In this document: in pieces, positions 10,531-20,136 of the stretch
How the letters are laid out: the number at the start of each line of letters is the position of its first letter
Position numbering within the stretch: position 1 is the first letter of the stretch
Assembly (NCBI GenBank): GCA_039091535.1
Contig: JAWCLW010000002.1
Coordinates: 46,690-110,689 of the forward strand
Source of the DNA: Candidatus Aenigmatarchaeota archaeon
Lineage (GTDB): Archaea; Aenigmatarchaeota; Aenigmatarchaeia; GW2011-AR5
Length of the DNA stretch: 64,000 nt
Reading direction: 5' to 3'
Position numbers and translations under genes: made by a program
Notes under the pieces: generated by a model
The model's database searches: none
What the model saw: the letters and a program-made list of their open reading frames with translations, nothing else
Told to the model about the DNA's origin: nothing

Positions 10531-12693
10531 GTGGTCAAATTCAAAAAAATAATAACTGTAACATCTGCATTACCTTATGTAAATGGTGTAAAACATTTAG
10601 GGAATATTGTAGGCTCTATACTTCCTGCTGATATATTTCATAGGTTTCTGGATTTGCTTGGTATTGAAAATATTTACATATGTGGAACAGATGAACATGG
10701 GACAGCTGTAGAGATCTCTGCATTGGAAGAAGGACTTACACCAGATGAGTATTCAAAAAAATATCATGAAATACAAAAAACAATATATAAAAATTGGAAT
10801 TTTGATTTTACATTTTTTGGAAGAACATCATCAAAAAATAATCACAAAATTACACAAGATCTATTTTTATCTATGTATAAAAATGGTTATATAAAAAAAC
10901 AAAAGATAATTATACCATATTGTAATAATTGCAGAAAATTTCTTCCAGATAGATATATAATTGGTATTTGTCCTTATTGCTACTATGATAATGCGAGAGG
11001 CGATCAGTGTGAGATATGCGGAAAGATTTTGGATCCAATAGAACTTAAAAACCCAAAATGCAATATATGTAAAAATTCTGGTATCGAATTTAAAGAAGAA
11101 GAACATTTATTTTTAGATCTGACAAAATTACAGAAAAAATTAAAAAAATGGATCTTAAGAAATAAACATTGGCCAGAAAATACAAGAAATTTTGCTCTTA
11201 GTTGGATTAAGGAAGGTTTGAAACCAAGATGTATAACAAGAAACTTAGAATGGGGTGTAAAAGTTCCAATAAATGGATTTAATCATCTTGTATTTTATGT
11301 GTGGTTTGATGCACCTATTGGATACATATCAATAACAAAAGATGCTGCAGACAAAAAAATAATAAAAAATTGGAAAAAGTTCTGGACAAAATCAAAAATA
11401 TATCATTTTCTTGGGAAAGATAATATTCCATTCCACACTATAATATGGCCTGGTATGCTAATAGCTGCAAAAAAATATACATTACCATATTTTATTCAAG
11501 GATACGAATATCTAAATTGGGAAGGCCAAAAATTTTCAACATCAAAAGGTATAGGATTATTTAGTGATGAGGTATTAGAACTATTTCCAACAGATTATTG
11601 GCGTTTCTATTTGTCATCAATTTTACCAGAAAATAAGGATTCAAATTTTGATTGGAATGACTTTAGGAATAAAATTAACAATGAGCTTATAGGAAATTAT
11701 GGAAACTTATTTTATCGTGTAACTCATTTTATAGAAAATAATTTTAATGGCATTGTTCCTAACGGAAATATAAGTAAAAAAGAAAAAGATTTACAGAAAA
11801 AAATAACAAAAACAATAAATAATGTAGAAAAATGTATATGGCATGTTAAATTAAAGGATGCATTAAAAGAGATTATGCTTCTTGCTTCTGAAACAAATAA
11901 ATACTTTCAACAAAAAGAACCGTGGGAAAAAATCAAAACAGACAAAAAAGATTGCGAGACAACACTTTATACAACAATTAATGTTTTACGTATAATCTCT
12001 ATTTTGTTGTATCCGTTTATACCAGAAACGAGCAAAAAAGCATTAGATGCATTGAACATAAAAATTTGTAAATGGAAAGATATAAACAAATTTACAATAA
12101 AACAAGGTCAAAAAATAACTGCTAAAATCCTATTTAAAAAAATAGAAGATAGCGAATTAGAGAAGGCAAAGAAATATATAACAAAATATGCAAAAAAAGA
12201 AATAAGTGAAAAAAGAATAGAAGATGCTAAAGTAAAAATTCCTGATATGTGTATCGGTACGATTATAGATGTATACGATCATCCAAATGCTGATAAATTA
12301 TATATTTTGGACGTTGAGCTTGGCAGAGAAAAAAGAAGATTAGTTGCAGGATTAAAAAATGTTTACAAAAAACATGAACTATTAGGCAAGCAAATAATTG
12401 TCGTCACGAACTTAGAACCCAGAACAATTCGTGGAATAGAAAGTAAGGGCATGCTTCTTGCTGCAGAAGATGGCATAATTTTATCTCCGAGAGAAAATGT
12501 TGAGAATGGAAAACATATAGATGGTTTTGAGTCATCAACCAAAATAACATTTGAGGAATTTAAAGAAAATGATATACATGTTGAAGATAGTGCCGATGGC
12601 CAAATTGTTGTTTGTAATGGTAAAATATTGAAGATTGACAACGTTTTAATTTCTCCAATTAAAAAAGTGTCAAACGAAGCAAAGGTTATGTGA
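10531..12693 (+). CDS. metG: methionyl-tRNA synthetase with C-terminal OB-fold tRNA-binding (Trbp111/EMAP-like) domain
   Basis: GTG start. Contains ALPYVNGVKHLGN, KFSTSKG (KMSKS) and CxxC zinc knuckles (CNNC/CPYC, CEIC/CNIC). The C-terminal HPNADKLYILDVELG region marks the tRNA-binding domain. Confidence 0.9.
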   Translation: MVKFKKIITVTSALPYVNGVKHLGNIVGSILPADIFHRFLDLLGIENIYICGTDEHGTAVEISALEEGLTPDEYSKKYHEIQKTIYKNWNFDFTFFGRTSSKNNHKITQDLFLSMYKNGYIKKQKIIIPYCNNCRKFLPDRYIIGICPYCYYDNARGDQCEICGKILDPIELKNPKCNICKNSGIEFKEEEHLFLDLTKLQKKLKKWILRNKHWPENTRNFALSWIKEGLKPRCITRNLEWGVKVPINGFNHLVFYVWFDAPIGYISITKDAADKKIIKNWKKFWTKSKIYHFLGKDNIPFHTIIWPGMLIAAKKYTLPYFIQGYEYLNWEGQKFSTSKGIGLFSDEVLELFPTDYWRFYLSSILPENKDSNFDWNDFRNKINNELIGNYGNLFYRVTHFIENNFNGIVPNGNISKKEKDLQKKITKTINNVEKCIWHVKLKDALKEIMLLASETNKYFQQKEPWEKIKTDKKDCETTLYTTINVLRIISILLYPFIPETSKKALDALNIKICKWKDINKFTIKQGQKITAKILFKKIEDSELEKAKKYITKYAKKEISEKRIEDAKVKIPDMCIGTIIDVYDHPNADKLYILDVELGREKRRLVAGLKNVYKKHELLGKQIIVVTNLEPRTIRGIESKGMLLAAEDGIILSPRENVENGKHIDGFESSTKITFEEFKENDIHVEDSADGQIVVCNGKILKIDNVLISPIKKVSNEAKVM

Positions 12694-12698
12694 AAATT

Positions 12699-12995
12699 TT
12701 AAAGTATGCTTAATTTTCCAAATTTTCCAATATTCAATTGTAACATGCCACCCCACTCTGTAACATAGCCATTCTCTATCTTTATTGTATCCCCTTCATT
12801 TATTTTATTTGCTTCATCTCCCCAAAGAACAAGAATGATATCCCCAGTTTCATCTTCGATTACGGCATTCGTGACTATACTTTTTCCAAAGCGTGTGTTC
12901 ACCTCACGTGGCTCCCTCTTTTCAATAACCTTTGCAATTATATTTACTTTTCTACTATTAATATCGATTTCGGAGATTTTCAATCTTATCACCAA
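12699..12995 (-). CDS. single OB-fold nucleic-acid-binding (SSB/RPA-like) protein
   Basis: 98 aa. The pattern VNIIAKV...VTNAVIEDETGDIILVLWGDEA...GDTIKIENGYV is typical of small archaeal OB-fold ssDNA binders. Confidence 0.6.
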   Translation of the reverse strand: MVIRLKISEIDINSRKVNIIAKVIEKREPREVNTRFGKSIVTNAVIEDETGDIILVLWGDEANKINEGDTIKIENGYVTEWGGMLQLNIGKFGKLSIL

Positions 12996-13056
12996 TCTAA
13001 ATAATTACTTTAGTAAAAACTTAAAAAATGATTTTTTTATGAATCTGATTGAAAAA

Positions 13057-13806
13057 TCAAGCCAACTTATTTTTCTTTTTAATGAATTCTCTTGCAGCAT
13101 CTAATGAATTAAAATCTCCTATATCAAACCAATCACCATTATAAGGATAAACGAATAAACTATATCTTTTATATAACCATTGAAGGAAAAAACCAGGCGC
13201 ATCTTTAGAATTTCCCTCATTCAGATAAATAGAAAATAGATTTAGATAATTTTTCGGAAACAGATAACAACCCATGCTAATAAATGTTGTTTTTGGTTTT
13301 TCTGGTTTTTCAATAAAATCAATAACTTTTTTGTTTTTGTCAAATATTATTGTACCAAATAAGCGAGCTCTTTCTTTTGTTTTAACATCAAAACCACATA
13401 CAATAGGAGCATTTTTTTCTTTGAAAAAATTTATTACATCAGAAAAATCAAATTTCTCATCAAATAGGTTATCACCATTTACAATTATGATGTCATCATT
13501 AATATTCTCTTTATTTATCAAAAAATTTATACTGCCTATTGCGCCTAATTTTTCTTCTTCGCATCTTGATTCCTCAACAACAAGTTTTATATTAAAATTA
13601 TATTTTTCCTTCCATCTAATAAAGTCCTGCTCAAATTTTTTGTTTGTCGAAATAAAAATTTTATCTATTTCTTTTAATTTCAATAGTTTTTCTATTAAAT
13701 AATTTATTACCGGCTTACCACCAATATCTATTAATGGTTTCGCTTGTTCTTTTGTTAACGGCCACAACCGCTTCGCAAATCCACCTGCGAGTACAATAGC
13801 TTTCAT
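13057..13806 (-). CDS. sugar-phosphate nucleotidyltransferase (NTP_transferase family)
   Basis: N-terminal MKAIVLAGGFAKRLWPLT (GxGxR-type motif), about 250 aa. Confidence 0.75.
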   Translation of the reverse strand: MKAIVLAGGFAKRLWPLTKEQAKPLIDIGGKPVINYLIEKLLKLKEIDKIFISTNKKFEQDFIRWKEKYNFNIKLVVEESRCEEEKLGAIGSINFLINKENINDDIIIVNGDNLFDEKFDFSDVINFFKEKNAPIVCGFDVKTKERARLFGTIIFDKNKKVIDFIEKPEKPKTTFISMGCYLFPKNYLNLFSIYLNEGNSKDAPGFFLQWLYKRYSLFVYPYNGDWFDIGDFNSLDAAREFIKKKNKLA

Positions 13807-13829
13807 ATAAATAATTTTTTATAGAAAAC

Positions 13830-14198
13830 TTAAATTATTTTTATTGATGTAGCAACAATCTCTAGTTCATTTTTATATAATTGTATCTTACCTCTTATTT
13901 CAATTGTATTGTTCTTCTCTATATAATAAACCAAAGGATTATTTTTTGCTTCGTTCTCAAACATCACAACTTTTATCGTTCCTGTAGAATCTTTTGCATC
14001 GATAAAAATATGTCCATCATTTGAAAAATAAGATTCAACATTAGCTCTTAATAAAACAATCTGCCCAATCATATCTTTATTTATTTTTCCTATTTCTATT
14101 TCTTTTGGTCCTATAAAATGGACAATTAAAAATAGCGCTATTAGTCCTATAAGTGTGATTGTAAGTGATATCTTGATTAGTGAATTATCTGATATCAT
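13830..14198 (-). CDS. membrane-anchored OB-fold protein
   Basis: One N-terminal TM helix (LIKISLTITLIGLIALFLIVHFI) followed by an OB-like segment (GQIVLLRANV...GTIKVVMFEN...IEIRGKIQLYKNELEI). Confidence 0.5.
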   Translation of the reverse strand: MISDNSLIKISLTITLIGLIALFLIVHFIGPKEIEIGKINKDMIGQIVLLRANVESYFSNDGHIFIDAKDSTGTIKVVMFENEAKNNPLVYYIEKNNTIEIRGKIQLYKNELEIVATSIKII

Positions 14199-14738
14199 TT
14201 ACCCCAACTCAAAGATTTTTATATCCTCATATATAGGACCTTTTGGTGTTAAGGTTGATTTTTTTAGTTTTATTTTATTTACTTTCATCTTCCCAAGCCA
14301 TATATGTTTATTTTTATTCACAAAATCTGCCAACTCTTTTTTATGTTTTGGTGTCCTTACCCTTGCTATTGTAAGATGTGGTTTTGGTTCCTCTTTTTTA
14401 AAGATATCTGATAATTCATTTTCTATAGTATTTTGTAGGTTAAATAATTCTTTATTTTCAACACCAACCCAAATAACACGTATGTAATTTATACTAGGGA
14501 ACACCCCAATACCATAAAAACCTATTTCAAAAGGAGAATGATTTTTTGCGATGTTTTGTAATTTTTCTTTTATAATTTCTATTGTTTGTTTACTAATTTC
14601 ACCAAGAAATTTTAGTGTGAAGTGAAGATTTTTTTCTTCAACTAATTTTACGTCATAATCTTTTATTTCAATTTGTAGTTTAATAATTTCATTTTTTATC
14701 TTTTCATCATCAACATCAATAGCTATGAAACAACGCAT
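14199..14738 (-). CDS. thpR: RNA 2',3'-cyclic phosphodiesterase (ThpR/LigT, 2H phosphoesterase)
   Basis: Two HxT motifs (HFTLKFLG and HLTIARV) at the spacing typical of the 2H family. Confidence 0.8.
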   Translation of the reverse strand: MRCFIAIDVDDEKIKNEIIKLQIEIKDYDVKLVEEKNLHFTLKFLGEISKQTIEIIKEKLQNIAKNHSPFEIGFYGIGVFPSINYIRVIWVGVENKELFNLQNTIENELSDIFKKEEPKPHLTIARVRTPKHKKELADFVNKNKHIWLGKMKVNKIKLKKSTLTPKGPIYEDIKIFELG

Positions 14739-14860
14739 AAATTAAAAATAAATAGAAATTTATTAAAAACCAATTTGTGTGAGTATTGATGGATATCGTT
14801 CGAAAAGTCTAAAATTTTGAGGTTTTTTGCTATAAAAATTATAAAAAACTTTAAGTTTAC

Positions 14861-15193
14861 ATGTGTTCAAAATATCTTATTGTGATATTTATGGGTCGAA
14901 AAAAAGGCTTTGATAATAAGAAAATAGGTATTATAATATCTATACTTTTAGCAAACCCAGATGGTATATGGTTGAGGAGAATAGCTGAAGAGGCGAAATT
15001 GTCTCCGGCAACAGTAGCACACTACATAGAAACAGTACTTGTGCCTTTTGTGGAGGATGTAAGCATAGGTAAAGAAGGTAAACCATTGTTACGTGTCATA
15101 AGACTCAAACCTTTTGTAGCTGAGAGACTTAAAGAAGGAAAAAGTCTAAATCAAATTATGAAATTCCTTGGAATTTTGAGAAAAATTGAATAA
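14861..15193 (+). CDS. small winged-helix DNA-binding protein (hypothetical)
   Basis: 110 aa with an HTH-like segment, IWLRRIAEEAKLSPATVAHYIE. Confidence 0.45.
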   Translation: MCSKYLIVIFMGRKKGFDNKKIGIIISILLANPDGIWLRRIAEEAKLSPATVAHYIETVLVPFVEDVSIGKEGKPLLRVIRLKPFVAERLKEGKSLNQIMKFLGILRKIE

Positions 15194-15310
15194 TTCGTAA
15201 AAATAAAATTTTAAAATATGTATTTTTAAACCATGAAAAGGCTAAAATTTTGTTTTTTTTATATAAAAATCTAAAAATTTGAAATTTAATTTTTAAAATA
15301 AATAAAAATA

Positions 15311-15690
15311 TACTCACAAAATTTTATTAATTTCTCACGAATAAAAATAGGTTTCGTGAACATTATATGAACATCCGTGAACTTTGTGAACATTTCCGTG
15401 AACATAATATGAATATTAATGAATATATTTTTTGAAGTCTCACAAATTATAATTAAGAAAACAAAAGATCTCACAATTTGGCAAATTTATTCATAAAATA
15501 TTCATAAAATATTCATAAAATATTCATAAAACATATATCATGTTCATATAAATATCTTTATGAATATTCGTGAACTTCATATGAAATTAAAATATTATTT
15601 AAAATATTGTGAATATTTTTGTGAATTTAATGAACATATATAAATTTTTCAAAAAATTTCATGAATAAATATGTGAACTTTATGAAATAA
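15311..15690. repeat. dense array of [G/A]TGAA[C/T] hexamers in both orientations with about 10.5-bp phasing; candidate origin or iteron region
   Basis: Forward copies start at 15356, 15367, 15377, 15386, 15398, 15409 and 15419. Further forward copies start at 15560, 15570, 15581, 15609, 15621, 15630, 15661, 15673 and 15682. Inverted copies include the tandem block and GTTCAT at 15542. A CTCAC[A/G]A variant occurs at 15313, 15334, 15439 and 15470. Confidence 0.85.
15489..15532. repeat. four perfect tandem copies of the 11-bp unit ATTCATAAAAT
   Basis: ATTCAT starts at 15489, 15500, 15511 and 15522, a period of exactly 11 bp. The unit contains the reverse complement of the ATGAAT core. Confidence 0.95.
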
Positions 15691-15726
15691 AAGCTTAAAA
15701 ATACAAAAAAATAAAATAAAACTAAT

Positions 15727-16917
15727 ATGACAGAAAATAATGATATTATACCAATACCAGAATATTTCGAAGAGAATGAGACTACTAAAAAAACCAGTAG
15801 TGAAACACCTATTGAAAAACAAGAAAAACCAATAATTCAGATGCCTAAGACACAAGAAGAAAGTATAAAAAACAATGTTAGATTGTGGTTTAAAAAAATA
15901 GGCTGGAGTGAAAATCCATTTACGTTTAATATATTACCATCACTTTTTGTAGGTTATAAAGAGCAAATAATACGCGCTTTAATGGCCATAGATGAAAAAC
16001 ATAAAATTATTTTTATATCAGGGCCTACGGGTTCTGGGAAAACTACATTTCTAAAATGGATTTCTAATAACATAAATGCAAAAAAATTTGAAATATTTTA
16101 TATTCCTAAACCACCAAAAAGTGCGAATGAATTTGTAGATCTATTTAATAATAGATTTAAAAGTGGCATTTTAAGGTTTTTCTTACCTAACATAAAAAAT
16201 ATTTATCAAATACCGAATTTTATTGAAAGGAAAATAAAAAATAGACATCTAATTATTATGATTGATGAAGTGCATGAATCTGACATAGAAATTTTAGAGT
16301 GGCTTAGAGTTTTGTGCGACCAAGTAAATAATATTTCTATTATAATTTCTGGTCTACCGATTTTTGAAGATAAAATAAGAGACAAGCTAGAAACATTTAG
16401 AAAAAGAATTTCTGTTAGAATAGAGCTTTTATCTCTAACAAAGGAAGAGACAATAGAACTGATAAGAAAAAGAATACAAAATGTGGGTGGCAATGGAAAC
16501 GAATTTGATGATGTTATAGATTTTATATATACAAAAACAGCAGGATTTCCACGTGAGGTTTTGCGTATTTGTGATGAGATTTTAAATAAGGCAATTTCAC
16601 AAGGAACAATAGAAATAACAAAAGATCTACTTGAAGAAGAGGCTAAAGGAGAAATGGTATCAACAACTATTCTCAATGAAATGACACCTATGCAAAGAGA
16701 GATTATCGAGCTACTTGCAAAAGGCCCACAAACACCAGGACAGATAGCGGATTCTATTAACCTAGAAAAATATAAATCAAGACAACATGCTGTGAGGTCT
16801 GTAAATAACATAATGAAAAAACTTTATGAAGATGGTTTTATTGAGAGAAGGAAAGTAGATAAAGCATTTGTTTATTCATTGTCAGGAAGATTAAAAACAA
16901 TTGTTGTAAAAGCATAA
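15727..16917 (+). CDS. AAA+ ATPase with C-terminal winged helix; Orc1/Cdc6-like candidate
   Basis: Walker A GPTGSGKTT and Walker B LIIMIDEVHE. The lid-like AGFPREVLRICDEILNKAI resembles the GDAR-type segment of Orc1/Cdc6. The C-terminal wHTH is MQREIIELLAKGPQTPGQIA...GFIERRKV. An AAA_22/ExeA-type ATPase cannot be excluded by eye. Confidence 0.45.
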   Translation: MTENNDIIPIPEYFEENETTKKTSSETPIEKQEKPIIQMPKTQEESIKNNVRLWFKKIGWSENPFTFNILPSLFVGYKEQIIRALMAIDEKHKIIFISGPTGSGKTTFLKWISNNINAKKFEIFYIPKPPKSANEFVDLFNNRFKSGILRFFLPNIKNIYQIPNFIERKIKNRHLIIMIDEVHESDIEILEWLRVLCDQVNNISIIISGLPIFEDKIRDKLETFRKRISVRIELLSLTKEETIELIRKRIQNVGGNGNEFDDVIDFIYTKTAGFPREVLRICDEILNKAISQGTIEITKDLLEEEAKGEMVSTTILNEMTPMQREIIELLAKGPQTPGQIADSINLEKYKSRQHAVRSVNNIMKKLYEDGFIERRKVDKAFVYSLSGRLKTIVVKA

Positions 16918-16985
16918 ATTATAGTTAATCTAAATAACATTTATATCTAACATAAGAAATTTATACAACAAATTGAAAAATAAAT

Positions 16986-17258
16986 TTAAACAATCTCTTT
17001 TTCCGAAATTATTACAAAATCACCAATACTTTTCACAGATGAAAATGGAATTAGAAATCTATTATTTTCATCTTTCTCTAATGTTAAATCACTCACATGT
17101 TTTGTAGGTTCTACAAGGACAATATTTAAAAGTTCACCACTATCGGCTATAAAATTTATATCACCAACAACACCAAATTTTCTTCCAGTCTCTTCTGAAA
17201 CAACAATTTTACCTATAACATCTTTACCTCTACTTTTAATCATTATATCACCTCTCAT
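16986..17258 (-). CDS. PRC-barrel domain protein
   Basis: 90 aa with the pattern VIGKIVVSEETGRKFGVVGDINF...IPFSSVKSIGDFVII. Confidence 0.6.
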   Translation of the reverse strand: MRGDIMIKSRGKDVIGKIVVSEETGRKFGVVGDINFIADSGELLNIVLVEPTKHVSDLTLEKDENNRFLIPFSSVKSIGDFVIISEKEIV

Positions 17259-17290
17259 TTATTTATATCTTCATAAATTTAAATACATTT

Positions 17291-18304
17291 TTAATCACTT
17301 ATTCCTCTTTCACTTAATTTGAAAACAGCTTCTCCTTCTGGAAGATTTGGTGCATCTATTAATCTTGCTATCCTTATGTTCGCCTTACTTTTTCGTAGAT
17401 ATAATCTATATGTTGCTGCATGACCAAGAACATGACCACCTATTGCAGCAGTTGGGTCACCAAACAATATATCTGGCCTCGCCATTACCTGGTTTGTTAC
17501 ATATATTGCAACATTATATGTATCAGCAATCTTTTGCAACATATGCAGATGTCTATTTAATTTTTGTTGTCTTGATGCAAGTTCACCCCTTCCTGTATAA
17601 TCAGAACGAAAATGCGATGTCAATGAATCAACAATTATTAATTTTACATTTTTTTCTTTTATTATTTCTTTTGCTTTTTCAACCAAAACAATCTGATGAT
17701 CTGAGTTATATGCCTTAGCAACAAATATATTTTTTAAAACTTTTTTGGGATCAAGACCCATGGCTTCTGCTATCTGATTTATTCTTTCAGGGCGGAATGT
17801 AGATTCTGTATCTATAAAAACACAGGTACCGTTCAATCCACCGCCTTCTTTTGGTAGTTGAACATTTACTGCTAATTGAAATCCTAATTGTGATTTTCCA
17901 GAACCAAATGCCCCATGTGCTTCTGTAATCGCTTGTGTTTCAACACCACCACCAAGCAAATCGTCTAGAGCCTTACTACCTGTTTTTATTTTTCCAATTT
18001 CTTTTCTTTTTTCAAGAACATCTGCAGCTGTCTTAAATCCCATATCAAGCATATTTCTTGCAGATGCAATTATTTTTTCAGCAGTTGTTTCACCAATCTC
18101 ACACGCCGCAGATAATTCTCCAGCAGATGCAGCGGCAATTGATATCAAATCTTCGTATCCAGCTTCTTTTAATTTTTGAGCACCTTTTGGTCCTACGCCA
18201 GGCAAATCTTCTATTGAGATCTCATTTTTTGTCTTCTTCTTTTCTGTAACCTCTTCTAATTTTTCAACCATTTCTTCAACGACTTCTGCAGTTCTTTTTG
18301 GCAT
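17291..18304 (-). CDS. radA: DNA repair and recombination protein RadA
   Basis: N-terminal HhH ([17 protein letters not shown]), Walker [10 protein letters not shown] and Walker B LIIVDS. Confidence 0.95.
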   Translation of the reverse strand: MPKRTAEVVEEMVEKLEEVTEKKKTKNEISIEDLPGVGPKGAQKLKEAGYEDLISIAAASAGELSAACEIGETTAEKIIASARNMLDMGFKTAADVLEKRKEIGKIKTGSKALDDLLGGGVETQAITEAHGAFGSGKSQLGFQLAVNVQLPKEGGGLNGTCVFIDTESTFRPERINQIAEAMGLDPKKVLKNIFVAKAYNSDHQIVLVEKAKEIIKEKNVKLIIVDSLTSHFRSDYTGRGELASRQQKLNRHLHMLQKIADTYNVAIYVTNQVMARPDILFGDPTAAIGGHVLGHAATYRLYLRKSKANIRIARLIDAPNLPEGEAVFKLSERGISD

Positions 18305-18316
18305 AAAATCATCTCA

Positions 18317-19273
18317 TTATTCTAATTTTTCGATAATCATCTCTATTTCTTTCTTAACATCAACATTTTTAACATTATTAACTATGAATTCTAAACGATC
18401 AAAAAACTCATTTCTACGAACACGGCCCTCGAATATAAAATCCTTCCCAAGTGGAATTTTTTCTAATATTACAGATACTTTTTTCTTTTGATCGAAAAGC
18501 CTTTTCATTTCATTTTTTTTCATACCAATTAGTTTTTCAACATTTTCATTAAAAATCACAAATCTTATGTTTCCGGTACCATCATCTAAAATACCAGAAA
18601 TAGCAACATTGTAATCAGGTTCAACTATACCATGTTGTTCACATCTAAAACCTTTTTCATCTTCTTTTAATCTTAAACCACAATTTGGACATATCTCATA
18701 AAAAACATTTGATTCGAAAATTTGAACAATTGGAGATCTTATCTCTTTGTAAAGACCCTCTCTTAATTCATCTATTTGTGATCTCTCAACCCTTCTAGTT
18801 ACAATAACATTTTCTATTTTTTCATCACTTTTTGTTATACTTCCATACTTCCCAATTCTTAATTCTGGTCCAAATAGACCTTCTTTAACTAATCCACGCA
18901 CACGAATAACATCACCTTCACTCAGTCCACTAATTTTTTCTATTTCATTATCCCATAATGGTAGTCTTATGCTTCCTGTACTATCAGAAATAAAAATACT
19001 CATAAATTTTTTACCATTATATTCTCTTATAGGTGTAATCTTTGTAATCTTTCCAACAATATCTATGTTTTGCATTCCTGGTATAATATTCTCTATGTTA
19101 AGTTGTTCAGTTTGTCTTAATCTAACACCAAGCTCTTTTGCAACAATATATGCAGCACCTTCCTCAGAAATAAGGTTTGATAACTCTAATCGCTTTTCTT
19201 CAATCATTCTTTTTATTTCATCTTCATTTAAACCTGTTTCAGAAGAAATTTTTTCAATAATTTCATTTATCAT
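18317..19273 (-). CDS. replication protein A (RPA)-like ssDNA-binding protein with OB folds and a zinc finger
   Basis: OB-like segments (NIDIVGKITKI..., IRLPLWDNE...GDVIRVRG) and a CPNCG...CEQHG zinc ribbon. It is adjacent to radA. Confidence 0.7.
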   Translation of the reverse strand: MINEIIEKISSETGLNEDEIKRMIEEKRLELSNLISEEGAAYIVAKELGVRLRQTEQLNIENIIPGMQNIDIVGKITKITPIREYNGKKFMSIFISDSTGSIRLPLWDNEIEKISGLSEGDVIRVRGLVKEGLFGPELRIGKYGSITKSDEKIENVIVTRRVERSQIDELREGLYKEIRSPIVQIFESNVFYEICPNCGLRLKEDEKGFRCEQHGIVEPDYNVAISGILDDGTGNIRFVIFNENVEKLIGMKKNEMKRLFDQKKKVSVILEKIPLGKDFIFEGRVRRNEFFDRLEFIVNNVKNVDVKKEIEMIIEKLE

Positions 19274-19335
19274 ACCTATCTAAAATTAATATTGCAGAAA
19301 AATGTTTAAAGTAATGTTATGATGGAAATATTTAG

Positions 19336-19554
19336 TTATTCTTTCAAATTCTTAATAGCCATTTTTATATCTCTTTTCATTACTGTTCTTCTTCCAGAAT
19401 ATTCTGAAAGACGTTTTGCCTCTAAAATTATATCCTTTGCTTTAGCCTCTAATATTTTTCCAAGCTCTTCTGCAGCTTTATCAGATACACGCTTTGCACC
19501 AGCTTTTTTAAAAAATCTTCTTAATGGCTGTAGAGTTAAAAACATAAGTCTCAC
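19336..19554 (-). CDS. archaeal histone (HMf family)
   Basis: Histone-fold pattern KKAGAKRVSDKAAEELGKILE...SGRRTVMKRDIKMAI. The start may be the internal Met (MFLTLQP). Confidence 0.8.
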   Translation of the reverse strand: MRLMFLTLQPLRRFFKKAGAKRVSDKAAEELGKILEAKAKDIILEAKRLSEYSGRRTVMKRDIKMAIKNLKE

Positions 19555-19839
19555 AATTTATTTTATCTTTTTTATTTACTTAAAATCTTCTGTATAAATT
19601 TTGTGAGTGTTAATTTATTTACTACAAATAATTTTTTTTAAAAAATATTATTTAAAAAATTTTTTACTTAATATTTTTTTTAGTATATAAATATTATATA
19701 TAAAATATTTTACGAAATAAATATTTTAATATATATTAAAATTTATATTTATTTTGTACGTTTATATCTAACATAAACAATTGATTGAATTTATAAAAAA
19801 TTATTTAAAGTAGGAAATGTATAAGAAATATAGATTAAA

Positions 19840-20136
19840 ATGATAGAAAAAATGGAATTAGATGAATTATTTTTGAGAAAGAAGCCTGTTAAATTATTAT
19901 TAAATATAAAAATTGGAAATTCTCCAAAATATGTTTCTGTTCTTGCAAAAGAAACAGATTGTACCTATTCTCATACTGTAAAGCTTTTGGAACTTTTTAA
20001 AAATTTGGGCATAGTAGATTTTGAAAAACATGGAAGAATAAAGTTTGTAAAACTTACAGAAGATGGTATTAGCCTGGCAAATGATTTTGAATCTGTAATG
20101 AGGAAATTTTCAAAACTTAAACCAAAGAAAAAATAA
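19840..20136 (+). CDS. small winged-helix transcription regulator (hypothetical)
   Basis: 98 aa with YVSVLAKETDCTYSHTVKLLELFKNLGIVDF...GRIKFVKLTEDG (wHTH pattern). Confidence 0.5.
   Translation: MIEKMELDELFLRKKPVKLLLNIKIGNSPKYVSVLAKETDCTYSHTVKLLELFKNLGIVDFEKHGRIKFVKLTEDGISLANDFESVMRKFSKLKPKKK

Noticed and set aside
15489-15532. Possible CRISPR array (tandem 11-bp repeats)
   Set aside because: The units are contiguous with no spacers and far too short. No cas genes are nearby. This is a tandem repeat, not a CRISPR array.
15286-15855. Two minus-strand ORFs (15286..15474 and 15649..15855) in the repeat-rich spacer
   Set aside because: Their 'proteins' are translations of the GTGAAC/ATGAAT repeat array (repetitive FT/MFT/HE strings). 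The second also overlaps the Orc1-like start. They were treated as non-coding.
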